Assembly: GCA_963793265.1 (NCBI GenBank)
Contig: CAWBZI010000001.1
Coordinates: 1,664,001 to 1,728,000 of the forward strand
Length of the DNA stretch: 64,000 nucleotides
Direction: 5' to 3'
DNA from: an uncultured cyanobacterium
GTDB taxonomy: Bacteria > Cyanobacteriota > Cyanobacteriia > Phormidesmidales > Phormidesmidaceae
The position numbers and the translations under genes were made by a program. How positions within the stretch are numbered: position 1 is the first letter of the stretch; every line of letters begins with the position of its first letter. Of this stretch, positions 30,421-39,148 are shown piece by piece. The notes below the pieces were generated by a model. That model saw only the letters and a program-made list of their open reading frames with translations, searched no databases and had not been told where the DNA came from.

Positions 30421-30750
30421 ATGACGCAGCAAAGTGACGTGACGTGGAGCGAAACAGAAAAGGCCGTGGCTGAAGCTGCGCTTAAAAAAGCCCATGATCG
30501 AGAAGTAGAAACGCTAGTAACAAGAGTAAGGGAACAGGCAGGCTCAATCACGACAACTGAAGATATCTGGCAACTACACGACTTCTTGAGCGCCAGAAGG
30601 CACGAGATTGATGGTAAATACGATGACAGAGAATCTTTCCTCATATTTACGCTCTCCAGGCTGCTGAAAGATGGGCTGATAGAAACGTCAGAGATTAGTG
30701 AGCTAGCGCCTGATAAGCGGGCCAAGGTGAACATTCTGACTCGAATGTAG
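30421..30750 (+). CDS. frp: fluorescence recovery protein
   Basis: WSETEK, IWQLHDFLSARRHEIDGKYD. Confidence 0.95.
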   Translation: MTQQSDVTWSETEKAVAEAALKKAHDREVETLVTRVREQAGSITTTEDIWQLHDFLSARRHEIDGKYDDRESFLIFTLSRLLKDGLIETSEISELAPDKRAKVNILTRM

Positions 30751-30771
30751 CTGCTTACCAACAATGCCTAC

Positions 30772-30811
30772 CTACCCCTATAGCTCACTGTAGCGTTTAG
30801 AATAGGGGTAG
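30772..30811 (+). promoter_or_regulatory. MerR-type operator/promoter dyad
   Basis: CTACCCCTAT/ATAGGGGTAG IR with inner CTATAG-CTCA-CTGTAG dyad and TAGAAT -10 upstream of merR-family gene. Confidence 0.5.
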
Positions 30812-30833
30812 TTTTTGTAGGAGGAATAGCAGT

Positions 30834-31268
30834 GTGGACGGCAAACAGCCATTAGAGAAGCGCTTAAAAATTGGTGAAGTCTCCAAGCAAACAGGCGTAG
30901 CTGTTGGGGCGCTGCGCTATTACGAAGAGATAGACTTACTCACCTCACAACGGGGCAGTAATGGCTATCGCTACTACCTACCATCTGCGGTTCATCAGGT
31001 GCAGTTTATTAAGAAAGCGCAGGCGCTGGGTTTTTCTTTAGAAGAGATTGCGCAGGTGTTGAATGTTCATAGGCAAGGGAATGTGCCGTGTGGTTTGGTG
31101 CGATCGCTCTTACAAGAAAAGATAGAGAAAATAGAGGCCCAAATTCGAGAAATGGAATCGTTTAAGAGCAGCTTAGTGCAGTATCGCGATCAGTGGGCTT
31201 CAGATGAACCTCGGCCCAAGCCGGGAGACATTTGTCCGCTGATAGAAACCATTTCTTTGCAGGCGTAG
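30834..31268 (+). CDS. MerR family heavy-metal-responsive regulator
   Basis: LKIGEVSK, ALRYYE, NGYRYY, AQALGFSLEEI, PC, ICPLIE. Confidence 0.92.
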   Translation: MDGKQPLEKRLKIGEVSKQTGVAVGALRYYEEIDLLTSQRGSNGYRYYLPSAVHQVQFIKKAQALGFSLEEIAQVLNVHRQGNVPCGLVRSLLQEKIEKIEAQIREMESFKSSLVQYRDQWASDEPRPKPGDICPLIETISLQA

Positions 31269-31271
31269 GCT

Positions 31272-31573
31272 GTGTTTAATTTTATTCGTCAATACGAGGA
31301 TGAGAGTCGCTACGAACTGATTGACGGGGAGCTGATTGAGATGGAACCAACCGGGCCTCATGAAGAAGTTGTCGCGCTGGTGGCTCGAAAGCTAAACGTA
31401 GAGATCGACAGACAAGATTTGCCCTACTTTATTCCTCATAGGTGCCTGATCAAAGGACTAAGTACATCAACAGCATTCCGCCCTGATGTTGTTGTCATGA
31501 CCAGATAGAGTCAAGTGTGTTTCGTGAACTAGGTCTGAGCGCTAACCAAATCTTTGAGGCAGCTAGCCGCTAG
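31272..31573 (+). pseudogene. Uma2 family endonuclease, internally deleted
   Basis: RYELIDGELIEM.P.GPHE...RPDVVV then, in another frame, C-terminal DQIESSVFRELGLSANQIFEAASR*; catalytic middle absent. Confidence 0.8.
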
Positions 31574-31601
31574 CCCCGACGAACGCCGTCTCTAAGACTT
31601 T

Positions 31602-33251
31602 TTAATCCGGTGACCACACCAAAACCTGCGCCTCATATTCAGGCAAGTCGACTGTCAGCGTTCCATTTTCAACCGGCACGTCATAGTTTTTTGTCCACTC
31701 GTGCCACTGCCCATCTTCAGGCATATCGCTCACCTCATAGTCGGCAATGTAGTTGTCAGAACAGTTGACAATTACAGCTACGCGAGCGCCCATCTCATGC
31801 CAGCGCATATAGCCCAGAATATTGTCGTCTACATTCTCATGAAATATAGCAATATTGTCAGAACGCAACGCTGCATTCTCCTTTCTCAGTGCGATCAAAC
31901 CCTTGTAATACTTCAGTAGTCCAAGATTACCGTCATTATCTAACAGCATCCAATCCAAAGGAGAAGGATCAAGTGATTTCTCTTTGTACTCACCAAACTC
32001 TTCTCCCATCCAGATCATCGGAATGCCCATCGCCGTCATCACCAGCGCTGCGCCAAACTTAGCTCGTTTAAAAGCAGCCTCATCAAAGATTTCAGCATTT
32101 CCTAAAATGGGCATCAGCCGGTCTTGATCGTGACTGATGAGATAGTTGATGATATCAGAGGTACTTTGAAAGCCCTGCTGAGTTGGGTCGATCAAATCCT
32201 TCACCCGCTCAAGACTATCTTCTGGTTTGAACAATACATCTAAAAAGTTGTAGTGAAAGCTAACGCGCCAGCTACTATCAACCGGCCCCTCTAAGCCAGA
32301 GATCTCAGGCTTTTCAGGAATATGCTCACCAGCTGTAAATAATGTTCTAGGCTTAGCTGCCATCCCTGCTTCATCAACAATCCAGGCTAAAAAGTCAGGG
32401 CGATCGAGCTGCTTTACCGCATCAAAGCGCAGGCCGTCGAAGCGATATTCAGTAATCCAAAAATTGACCATATCCCGCATGAAGTCGCGGGCGGGATGGC
32501 GATCGTAATTGTCGTCGTAGTGGTCGTAGTCAAACTCGGGGCCCCAGCTATTGTCGGGGTCTTTAGCATCGCGGCGGTACCAGTAATCGTAGTCGATTTG
32601 GGTAAGCGGACTTTCAGACTCGGAGTGGTTGAGCACCACATCTAACATGACTCTTATGTTGCGAGCGTGACATTCGTCTATGAGCTGCTTAAGATCGGCG
32701 GGCTTGCCATAGCTAGAGCGCAGAGCAAAGTAGTGGCGCAGGTTGTAGCCCCAGCCAATTTCCATCGGGCAAGACTGAACGGGCATCAGTTCGAGCGTGT
32801 TTACGCCTAGCTCTTGAATGTAGTCGAGTTTTTTAATAATGGACTGGAAGCTACCGCTTTTATCTTCTTTAGCAGCAAAGTCTTGAACCAGCATTTCATA
32901 AATGATCATTTCGTCGGGCTCAGGCACGTCTATCTGGTCGTGCTGCCAAACGTAGTCGTCAATGATGCGATCGCCATCTTTCACAATCATCACAGCCATC
33001 TGCTCAGCTTCATTCACCTGCGTGGCATAAGGATCAATCACCTCTACCCACTCGTCTTCCTCTAAAAAAAAGCTTTTAGACTGCACGCGAAACTTATACA
33101 AATACTCACCATCTTCAAGATCTACCTTCGTGCGAAAGTATCCATCTTTTCCCTTCTCCATCTCTAACGATTGGTCTTGAACAAAGTCACATAGCAGGAA
33201 AGCCTTTGCGTTGTAAGGAGCCCACAGTTTGAAATCAATAGAAGATGACAT
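31602..33251 (-). CDS. GH13 alpha-amylase family glycosyl hydrolase with N-terminal CBM48-like domain
   Basis: FKLWAP, DPYA, WGYN, DVVLNH, GLRFDAVK, GEH, ISHD. Confidence 0.9.
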   Translation of the reverse strand: MSSSIDFKLWAPYNAKAFLLCDFVQDQSLEMEKGKDGYFRTKVDLEDGEYLYKFRVQSKSFFLEEDEWVEVIDPYATQVNEAEQMAVMIVKDGDRIIDDYVWQHDQIDVPEPDEMIIYEMLVQDFAAKEDKSGSFQSIIKKLDYIQELGVNTLELMPVQSCPMEIGWGYNLRHYFALRSSYGKPADLKQLIDECHARNIRVMLDVVLNHSESESPLTQIDYDYWYRRDAKDPDNSWGPEFDYDHYDDNYDRHPARDFMRDMVNFWITEYRFDGLRFDAVKQLDRPDFLAWIVDEAGMAAKPRTLFTAGEHIPEKPEISGLEGPVDSSWRVSFHYNFLDVLFKPEDSLERVKDLIDPTQQGFQSTSDIINYLISHDQDRLMPILGNAEIFDEAAFKRAKFGAALVMTAMGIPMIWMGEEFGEYKEKSLDPSPLDWMLLDNDGNLGLLKYYKGLIALRKENAALRSDNIAIFHENVDDNILGYMRWHEMGARVAVIVNCSDNYIADYEVSDMPEDGQWHEWTKNYDVPVENGTLTVDLPEYEAQVLVWSPD

Positions 33252-33460
33252 AAAAACGTACTCCACCAGGGATATTTGTATGTATGCTATGACACATACA
33301 ACAAAACCACATCTAGCCTAATAGAGATACTGTCTACGCCTGTTGGTTTACGTTCAACAACTGTTGACAACTGCAATACTCCGTACTGGAATACTTTGTA
33401 AAAATCGTCATCTGCCAGGCGCTCACATGATGCCAGAGACTCAAACGACTACGCGCCTTA

Positions 33461-34174
33461 CTACGCGCCAAAACCACCATCAATCGTGTGCTGCGCGCCG
33501 GTAACAATCGAGGCTTCTGGCCCCACTAAATAAGCGACCATACCTGCAATCTCCTCAGGCTGAGCATGACGCTTAATCGCCATGAAAGAGTGCATCAAGT
33601 CTTTCATCGGCCCATCTTCAGGATTGAGATCTGTATTCACAGGGCCGGGCTGAACGCTGTTGACGGTGATATTGCGATCGCCAAAATCTCTCGCCAGCCC
33701 TCGTACCATTCCCTGCACCGCAGATTTGGTCATGCCATAGGCCGCACCGCCTGCAAACGGCATCCGATCGCCATTTACCGATCCAATAATCACAATTCGC
33801 CCGCCCTCAGGCATCTGCCGTGCGGCATCCACCGCCGCGTGATACGGCCCCCGCACGTTGATATCAATCATCCGATCTACGTCAGTTGGATCTAATTCCA
33901 ACGAGTGCCCAAGTACGCCAATTCCTGCATTCACCACCAGAATATCTAGCGGCCCCTCGTCTGCGATGACCTTACTGACAGCTTCGCGACTAGCGCTATC
34001 TGCCTGAAGCGTTCTGGCATTCGTTTGCTTCGAGAGGGTTTCAGCCGCTTCAGCAGAGCCACCATAGGTAAAGATCGTCTGCGCACCTTCTGCGATGAGC
34101 CGTTCGACAATGGCCGCCCCGATGCCGCGAGAGCCGCCAAGAACTAATGCTTTTTTGCCCGTGAGAGTAGCCAT
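33461..34174 (-). CDS. bdcA: SDR oxidoreductase, BdcA-like
   Basis: GGSRGIG, VVNAG, GSVNGDRMP, YGMTK, HSFMAIKRH, HTIDGGFGA; 237 aa, closely resembles recalled E. coli BdcA. Confidence 0.8.
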   Translation of the reverse strand: MATLTGKKALVLGGSRGIGAAIVERLIAEGAQTIFTYGGSAEAAETLSKQTNARTLQADSASREAVSKVIADEGPLDILVVNAGIGVLGHSLELDPTDVDRMIDINVRGPYHAAVDAARQMPEGGRIVIIGSVNGDRMPFAGGAAYGMTKSAVQGMVRGLARDFGDRNITVNSVQPGPVNTDLNPEDGPMKDLMHSFMAIKRHAQPEEIAGMVAYLVGPEASIVTGAQHTIDGGFGA

Positions 34175-34243
34175 GATCCAGCCTCTTTATTTGTGTATCG
34201 GTTACTATAGAAATACGATAGCAGAGAACTTTTGAATAAGCTA

Positions 34244-34864
34244 GTGGTCACTAAAAAAATAGGAAAAAGAGGTCGGCCCAGAGGATTTGATGTAGATGAG
34301 GCGATCGCAACTGCGATGGCTCTATTCCATGAGCGCGGCTATGACGGTGTTGGCGTAGCAGAGCTGAGCAAAGCAATTGGGATTACTGCGCCTAGTTTGT
34401 ACTCAGCGTTTGGCAGCAAGCGAGAACTGTTTGAGCAGGTGCTTGGGCGCTATGTACAACAGAATGGCTGCTGGCTACCGGCTGCTTTGAGCGCAGGAGA
34501 GACTTTAGAGGCGTCAATCTCTAATTTGTTTATTCAGGCGGCTGAGAACTATGCTGCCGATCCTGAAAAACCAGGGTGCCTAGTTATGGACGGTACGCGG
34601 AACTGTACGGATGGTGAGGCGATCGCTGCAACAACCTGTTTTCGGCAGGCGACTCGGGGCTTGATAGGCGATCGCATCATCAAAGGCGCACCTAAGCTGT
34701 CAAAGTCTGAAGCGGATTTACTGACGAACTATGCGGTGATGATTTTGGTTGGGCTCTCGGGTAGCGCCAGAGATGGGATGACGGTGAAAGCTTTGAGAGG
34801 GGTAGCTGAAATTGCGGCGGCAGGATTTGTGCAAAGGCTTAGTCGGTCTTTAAGTGCAAGATAA
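34244..34864 (+). CDS. TetR family regulator, BdcR-like
   Basis: GRPRGFD, LFHERGYDGVGVAEL, PSLYSAFGSK, GCLVMDG; divergent from bdcA. Confidence 0.88.
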   Translation: MVTKKIGKRGRPRGFDVDEAIATAMALFHERGYDGVGVAELSKAIGITAPSLYSAFGSKRELFEQVLGRYVQQNGCWLPAALSAGETLEASISNLFIQAAENYAADPEKPGCLVMDGTRNCTDGEAIAATTCFRQATRGLIGDRIIKGAPKLSKSEADLLTNYAVMILVGLSGSARDGMTVKALRGVAEIAAAGFVQRLSRSLSAR

Positions 34865-34900
34865 ATGATAGCGATCGCCTATAAATAATTGACTACCCAT

Positions 34901-34936
34901 GAAAAAAGCCCCTACGAAGCTGTAGGGGCTTTTTTC
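34901..34936. terminator. bidirectional intrinsic terminator
   Basis: GAAAAAAGCCCCTAC / GTAGGGGCTTTTTTC. Confidence 0.85.
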
Positions 34937-35001
34937 CATTGTTAACGTTTAGACGGCTAGTAAGCTAAAAAGAAAACGCTTGATACTACTTACTCAAAGG
35001 T

Positions 35002-35637
35002 CTACAGCGTAGTAGTACCCATTGTGCCAGCCGTGCCTGTTGTGCTAGCAGGTGGCTGAGGCGTTACCGTGCCAGGTGCAGCATTTGTTGCAGTTGAGGT
35101 AGTGCTAGTGCCAGAGAACGTGCGCCAGTCTCTAACATTGTTCTCCTGGAGAACAGCCTGAGCGGCCTGAATAGTGCTGGTGTCGCCTTCAACAATAACC
35201 AGATAGTCGCCAGACTTATTGACACGATCGTCATAGTACTGGGCCTGATCTTCGGGCAGACCCCAACCGACCAATGCACCCAACAAACCGCCACTAGCTG
35301 CGCCCAGCGCGCCTGCAAATACGGTGTTAGCAAGCAAGATGCCAAGTTCAGCAACAGGCCCTACGCCTGGAATAGCCAGTACGCCCAGGCTACCAATCAG
35401 GCCGATTGCACCGCCGCTAACGCCGCCGACTGCCGCTGCTTCACCCGCAGACTCGGCAACCTGAGAGCCCTTACTGTCATTGACGCTCGCGCCCTGCATA
35501 TTGCCCGACTCGCCACCTTTGTTCACCACCGAGATCTTATTCATATCGAAGCCGCTGTCGCGCAGCTTCATCATGGCCTGCTCAGCTTCTCTGCGGCTAG
35601 AAAAAAGTCCAATCGCGCGTTCTGTTTGCATAGGCAT
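35002..35637 (-). CDS. general stress protein-like (YflT-type N-terminus, glycine zipper)
   Basis: AIGLFSSRREAEQA..L...GF....ISVV, glycine zipper, LAIPGVGP, GWGLPEDQAQYY. Confidence 0.78.
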   Translation of the reverse strand: MPMQTERAIGLFSSRREAEQAMMKLRDSGFDMNKISVVNKGGESGNMQGASVNDSKGSQVAESAGEAAAVGGVSGGAIGLIGSLGVLAIPGVGPVAELGILLANTVFAGALGAASGGLLGALVGWGLPEDQAQYYDDRVNKSGDYLVIVEGDTSTIQAAQAVLQENNVRDWRTFSGTSTTSTATNAAPGTVTPQPPASTTGTAGTMGTTTL

Positions 35638-36107
35638 AAAGTTTTATTCCTTTACTAAAAGCGTACGGGCCCATACTCGTCAATCTAATTAGTATCTTCA
35701 TCTGTAGATAGGAAGAACGTTCCGTTGTTGAACGTTGAATTGATAGTCCTTTAGCATGTTACAAGGTAGCTCTAATGGACGAGAGCAAACGATATTTCCT
35801 GATTCTTTGCGTCTCAAATACTTTCTGACTATGGGTAGATTCAGGTTTTTGGGCATAAGTAACACAATATTTTTGAAGCGTTTGGAGTTTGAAGCGTTTG
35901 GAGTATGGGCAAACACTTCTATGAATCTTTAAAGTGTTGTGAAAAGGTACGAAAATTCAGAATATAAATAATTCGAGCTTACGAATCTGGTCTTTAGACG
36001 CTGGCAAACGCTAGCAGATTCACCGATAGGGAGGATGCAAAGATATCTGGATTTCTTTAGGCTAAAGGAATCTTTCGAGATATTTTTACATCAAAAGGCT
36101 ATTGTTA

Positions 36108-37658
36108 ATGAATGCGCTGCAAGTTGTATGGTTCAAAAAAGACTTTCGCTTGTCAGACCATCAGTGCCTTGCCTTAGCCGCTAAGAAAGGGCCTATACTG
36201 CCTATCTATATTGTTGAACCGGACTATTGGGCGCTAGAAGATACTAGCTACCGTCAGTATTTATTTTTAAAGGGCTGTGTAGAAGAACTTGCTCAAGACT
36301 TGCGATCGCTGGGTACAGCACTAACGATACGAACAGGTAGCATCGTAGAAGTTTTGAAAGAACTCAGCAATACGTATTCAAATATTGAGCTGTGGTCGCA
36401 TCAGGAAACCGGCAACCACTGGACGTATCAGCGAGATCGAGCTGTGAGGAAATGGTGCCAGCAAAACGGCGTTTCTTTTCATGAGCCCTTGCAGTTTGGC
36501 GTGTGGCGAGGTTCCAAAATTGACCGCGATCATTGGTCACAGCACTGGGATAAGCTGATGGCCGAGCCGATCTGCCCGCTGCCAAAAGAGATCTCTTTTG
36601 TAGATAGCTCAACTGTAAATAGCTCAGCGCTTGAGAGTCTGCCTACACCAGAATCTTTAGGACTCGAACACGACGGTATTAGCAATTTGCAAACGCCTGG
36701 CAGAACGGCTGCTCTCGCGGATTTAAAGAGCTTTTTATACGGACGCGGTGAGCATTATCGCACTGATATGTCGTCTCCAGTAACAGGAGAAACAGGCTGT
36801 TCTCGGCTTTCGCCTCATCTCACCTATGGGACGCTCTCCATGCGAGAGATTTATCAGGCAACGCTGAAAAGGAGAGCTGAAGTATCGGCTTTACCCAAAG
36901 CAGAGCGCGGTAGCTGGCCGAGTGCTCTGAGTTCTTTGGTAGGCCGTTTGCACTGGCACTGTCACTTTACGCAAAAGCTAGAGCTAGAGCCAGAGCTGGA
37001 ATGGTTGCCGATGGCTAGATCGTACGTGGGCCTGCGAGCAGACGGCGATGATGCCGCTCGGTTAAAAGCGTATGACCAGGGCCAAACGGGCTATCCTTTT
37101 GTCGATGCCTGTATGCGATATTTGCGGGCGACAGGATGGATCAATTTTAGAATGCGCTCTATGCTCATGAGCTTTGCAAGCTACGACCTGTGGCTACCCT
37201 GGCAAAAGAGCGGTGACGTTTTGGCCCGACTATTTACCGATTACGAGCCCGGCATTCACTGGCCCCAAACGCAAATGCAGTCTGGTGTAACAGGTATTAA
37301 CGCTATCCGAATTTACTCACCGACTAAGCAGGGGGTCGATCAAGACCCTGACGGTACGTTTACGCGGCAGTGGGTGCCAGAACTTGCCCATTTAGACGAT
37401 GATGTTCTACAAACGCCCTGGCTATATGAGGGAGAGCTAGACTACCCTGCGCCGATTGTGGATCATCGACCTGCGGCGGCAGCGGCCCGAGCTAAGATTT
37501 TAGCGATTAAGAAAACGGCTGAGGCGAAGGCTGAGGCAGAAGCCGTGTACGAGAAGCACGGGTCTAGGAAACGGCCTCAGGGTAGGCGAGCCAGAAAGAA
37601 GACGAAGACTGCGGCGAAGAAAACAACAAGTAAGGAAAAGGCGAATGTCAGCAGTTGA
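36108..37658 (+). CDS. cryptochrome/photolyase family flavoprotein
   Basis: VVWFKKDFRLSDH, SRLSPHL, LHWHCHFTQKLE, GQTGYPFVDACMR, GWINFRMR, DYEPGIHW, QDPDG. Confidence 0.92.
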   Translation: MNALQVVWFKKDFRLSDHQCLALAAKKGPILPIYIVEPDYWALEDTSYRQYLFLKGCVEELAQDLRSLGTALTIRTGSIVEVLKELSNTYSNIELWSHQETGNHWTYQRDRAVRKWCQQNGVSFHEPLQFGVWRGSKIDRDHWSQHWDKLMAEPICPLPKEISFVDSSTVNSSALESLPTPESLGLEHDGISNLQTPGRTAALADLKSFLYGRGEHYRTDMSSPVTGETGCSRLSPHLTYGTLSMREIYQATLKRRAEVSALPKAERGSWPSALSSLVGRLHWHCHFTQKLELEPELEWLPMARSYVGLRADGDDAARLKAYDQGQTGYPFVDACMRYLRATGWINFRMRSMLMSFASYDLWLPWQKSGDVLARLFTDYEPGIHWPQTQMQSGVTGINAIRIYSPTKQGVDQDPDGTFTRQWVPELAHLDDDVLQTPWLYEGELDYPAPIVDHRPAAAAARAKILAIKKTAEAKAEAEAVYEKHGSRKRPQGRRARKKTKTAAKKTTSKEKANVSS

Positions 37659-39042
37659 AGGAATGGGTGATTTGATAGACAGGCAGGTGCAGGCGAATGA
37701 TAAGCCGCTGCTAGAGGAGGGTGACTATGTGCTAGTTGTGCTGAACCGGGCTTTGCGGGGTGAGAATAATCCGGTGATTGATAGCGCGATCGCCCAGGCC
37801 AAAACCCTAAACCTCAGCATCGTCGTCTACAGCGAAGTCGATACAACAGCCACCTACGCCTCAGATCGCCTCGTTTACTTTGCGCTCGGTACCCTGAGAG
37901 AATTAGCTAAAACACTTGCAAGCAAAAACATTCCCTGCGTTCAAGTTCTTGTAGAAAATGAAGATAGAAAGATACTTCTCGATCTGATTGCCAAAGCAGC
38001 GGCTATTTACACCGATGAGGACTATACAGTATGGGATAGAGTAAGGCTCGAACGGCTAAAAGATATTGCGAGCCAAAGCTTGTTTTACATCGATGCAGCG
38101 AGACTGGTGCCGACTCGGAAGCTACCTACGGGACTGAGTACTACGCCCGAGTTTAGGAAGGCGCATAGTGCCTTGAGAGATCGGTATGCTGATATGCGTA
38201 AGGAAGTTTCGGTTTTAGGCGAGGCGATCGCACCCCCCAAAGACATTCCCACCCAAAACTTCGCGACCTACGACGACAACGCCCTCAAAGATTTGGTATC
38301 TGAGTGCGACATCAATCACGACATCCTCATATCAAAAGAGCATCCGCCCACAAATGCCGAGATCTCAGCTCGCCTAAAAACGCTACAAAACAACATCCTG
38401 GCAAAATACAAATGGATTAGAAACAATCCAGCTCTAGAATATTCCACCTCTGAGCTATCGCCGTACCTACACTTTGGCTCAATCGGCCCGCATCAGGTGC
38501 TAGAAGCGATCACATCAACAGACATTCCCAAAAGCTACACCTGGAAGTTTAGAGACGAGTTCTTAACCTGGCGAGAGTGGTCACACTACCAGGCTTTTTA
38601 CACACCCAACCTGCACGAGTACGATGCCCTGCCCGATGAACAAAGACAAACGCTCGCAGATCACGCTGATGACAAACGACCAGAACTTAGATCATTTGAC
38701 GACATTTTGCACGGCAATACACCCGACGACACGTGGAACGCAGCTCAAAGAGAATGGCTAAACACGGGCTGGCTGCACAACAATTTGAGAATGTACTGGT
38801 CAAAGCAGATACTACGATTTACCGCATCACCCGAAGAAGCTTGGAAAGTCGCCTGCCAGCTTAATGACAGCCTTTCTATAGACGGCAGAGATCCAGCGAC
38901 CTATGCCTCTATGCAGTGGGCGTTTGGCAATGCCAAAAAAGGCTATAGCGAAAAAGAGATTTACGGCTGGGTTGCGCCAAAGTCAGACCGAGCGATCTTG
39001 AAGCGGAAAGGCATGAAAGAATGGATACAGGCTAGGCTATGA
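37645..39042 (+). CDS. class II-like DNA photolyase
   Basis: SELSPYLHFG, WNAAQ, GWLHNNLRMYWSKQIL, IDGRDP (class II signatures). Confidence 0.85.
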   Translation: MSAVEGMGDLIDRQVQANDKPLLEEGDYVLVVLNRALRGENNPVIDSAIAQAKTLNLSIVVYSEVDTTATYASDRLVYFALGTLRELAKTLASKNIPCVQVLVENEDRKILLDLIAKAAAIYTDEDYTVWDRVRLERLKDIASQSLFYIDAARLVPTRKLPTGLSTTPEFRKAHSALRDRYADMRKEVSVLGEAIAPPKDIPTQNFATYDDNALKDLVSECDINHDILISKEHPPTNAEISARLKTLQNNILAKYKWIRNNPALEYSTSELSPYLHFGSIGPHQVLEAITSTDIPKSYTWKFRDEFLTWREWSHYQAFYTPNLHEYDALPDEQRQTLADHADDKRPELRSFDDILHGNTPDDTWNAAQREWLNTGWLHNNLRMYWSKQILRFTASPEEAWKVACQLNDSLSIDGRDPATYASMQWAFGNAKKGYSEKEIYGWVAPKSDRAILKRKGMKEWIQARL

Positions 39043-39086
39043 GCTGAGTGCAAATGAAATCAACAAGTCCCAACACATCTCGCCTC

Positions 39087-39114
39087 AGAGCCCCATCATG
39101 GGGACGGGGGCTCT
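39087..39114. terminator. hairpin between convergent photolyase and mysA genes
   Basis: AGAGCCCC / GGGGCTCT. Confidence 0.5.
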
Positions 39115-39148
39115 TACCCAGCGTTCTCAACTACCGAGTATTCTCCTA

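Noticed and set aside
35946..35960. Possible LexA box upstream of photolyase (also ~41199 upstream of mys genes)
   Set aside because: Two or more mismatches to RGTACNNNDGTWCB
36003..36083. c-di-GMP-I riboswitch call
   Set aside because: No GNRA-capped P2 or properly placed receptor; kept only as a hairpin
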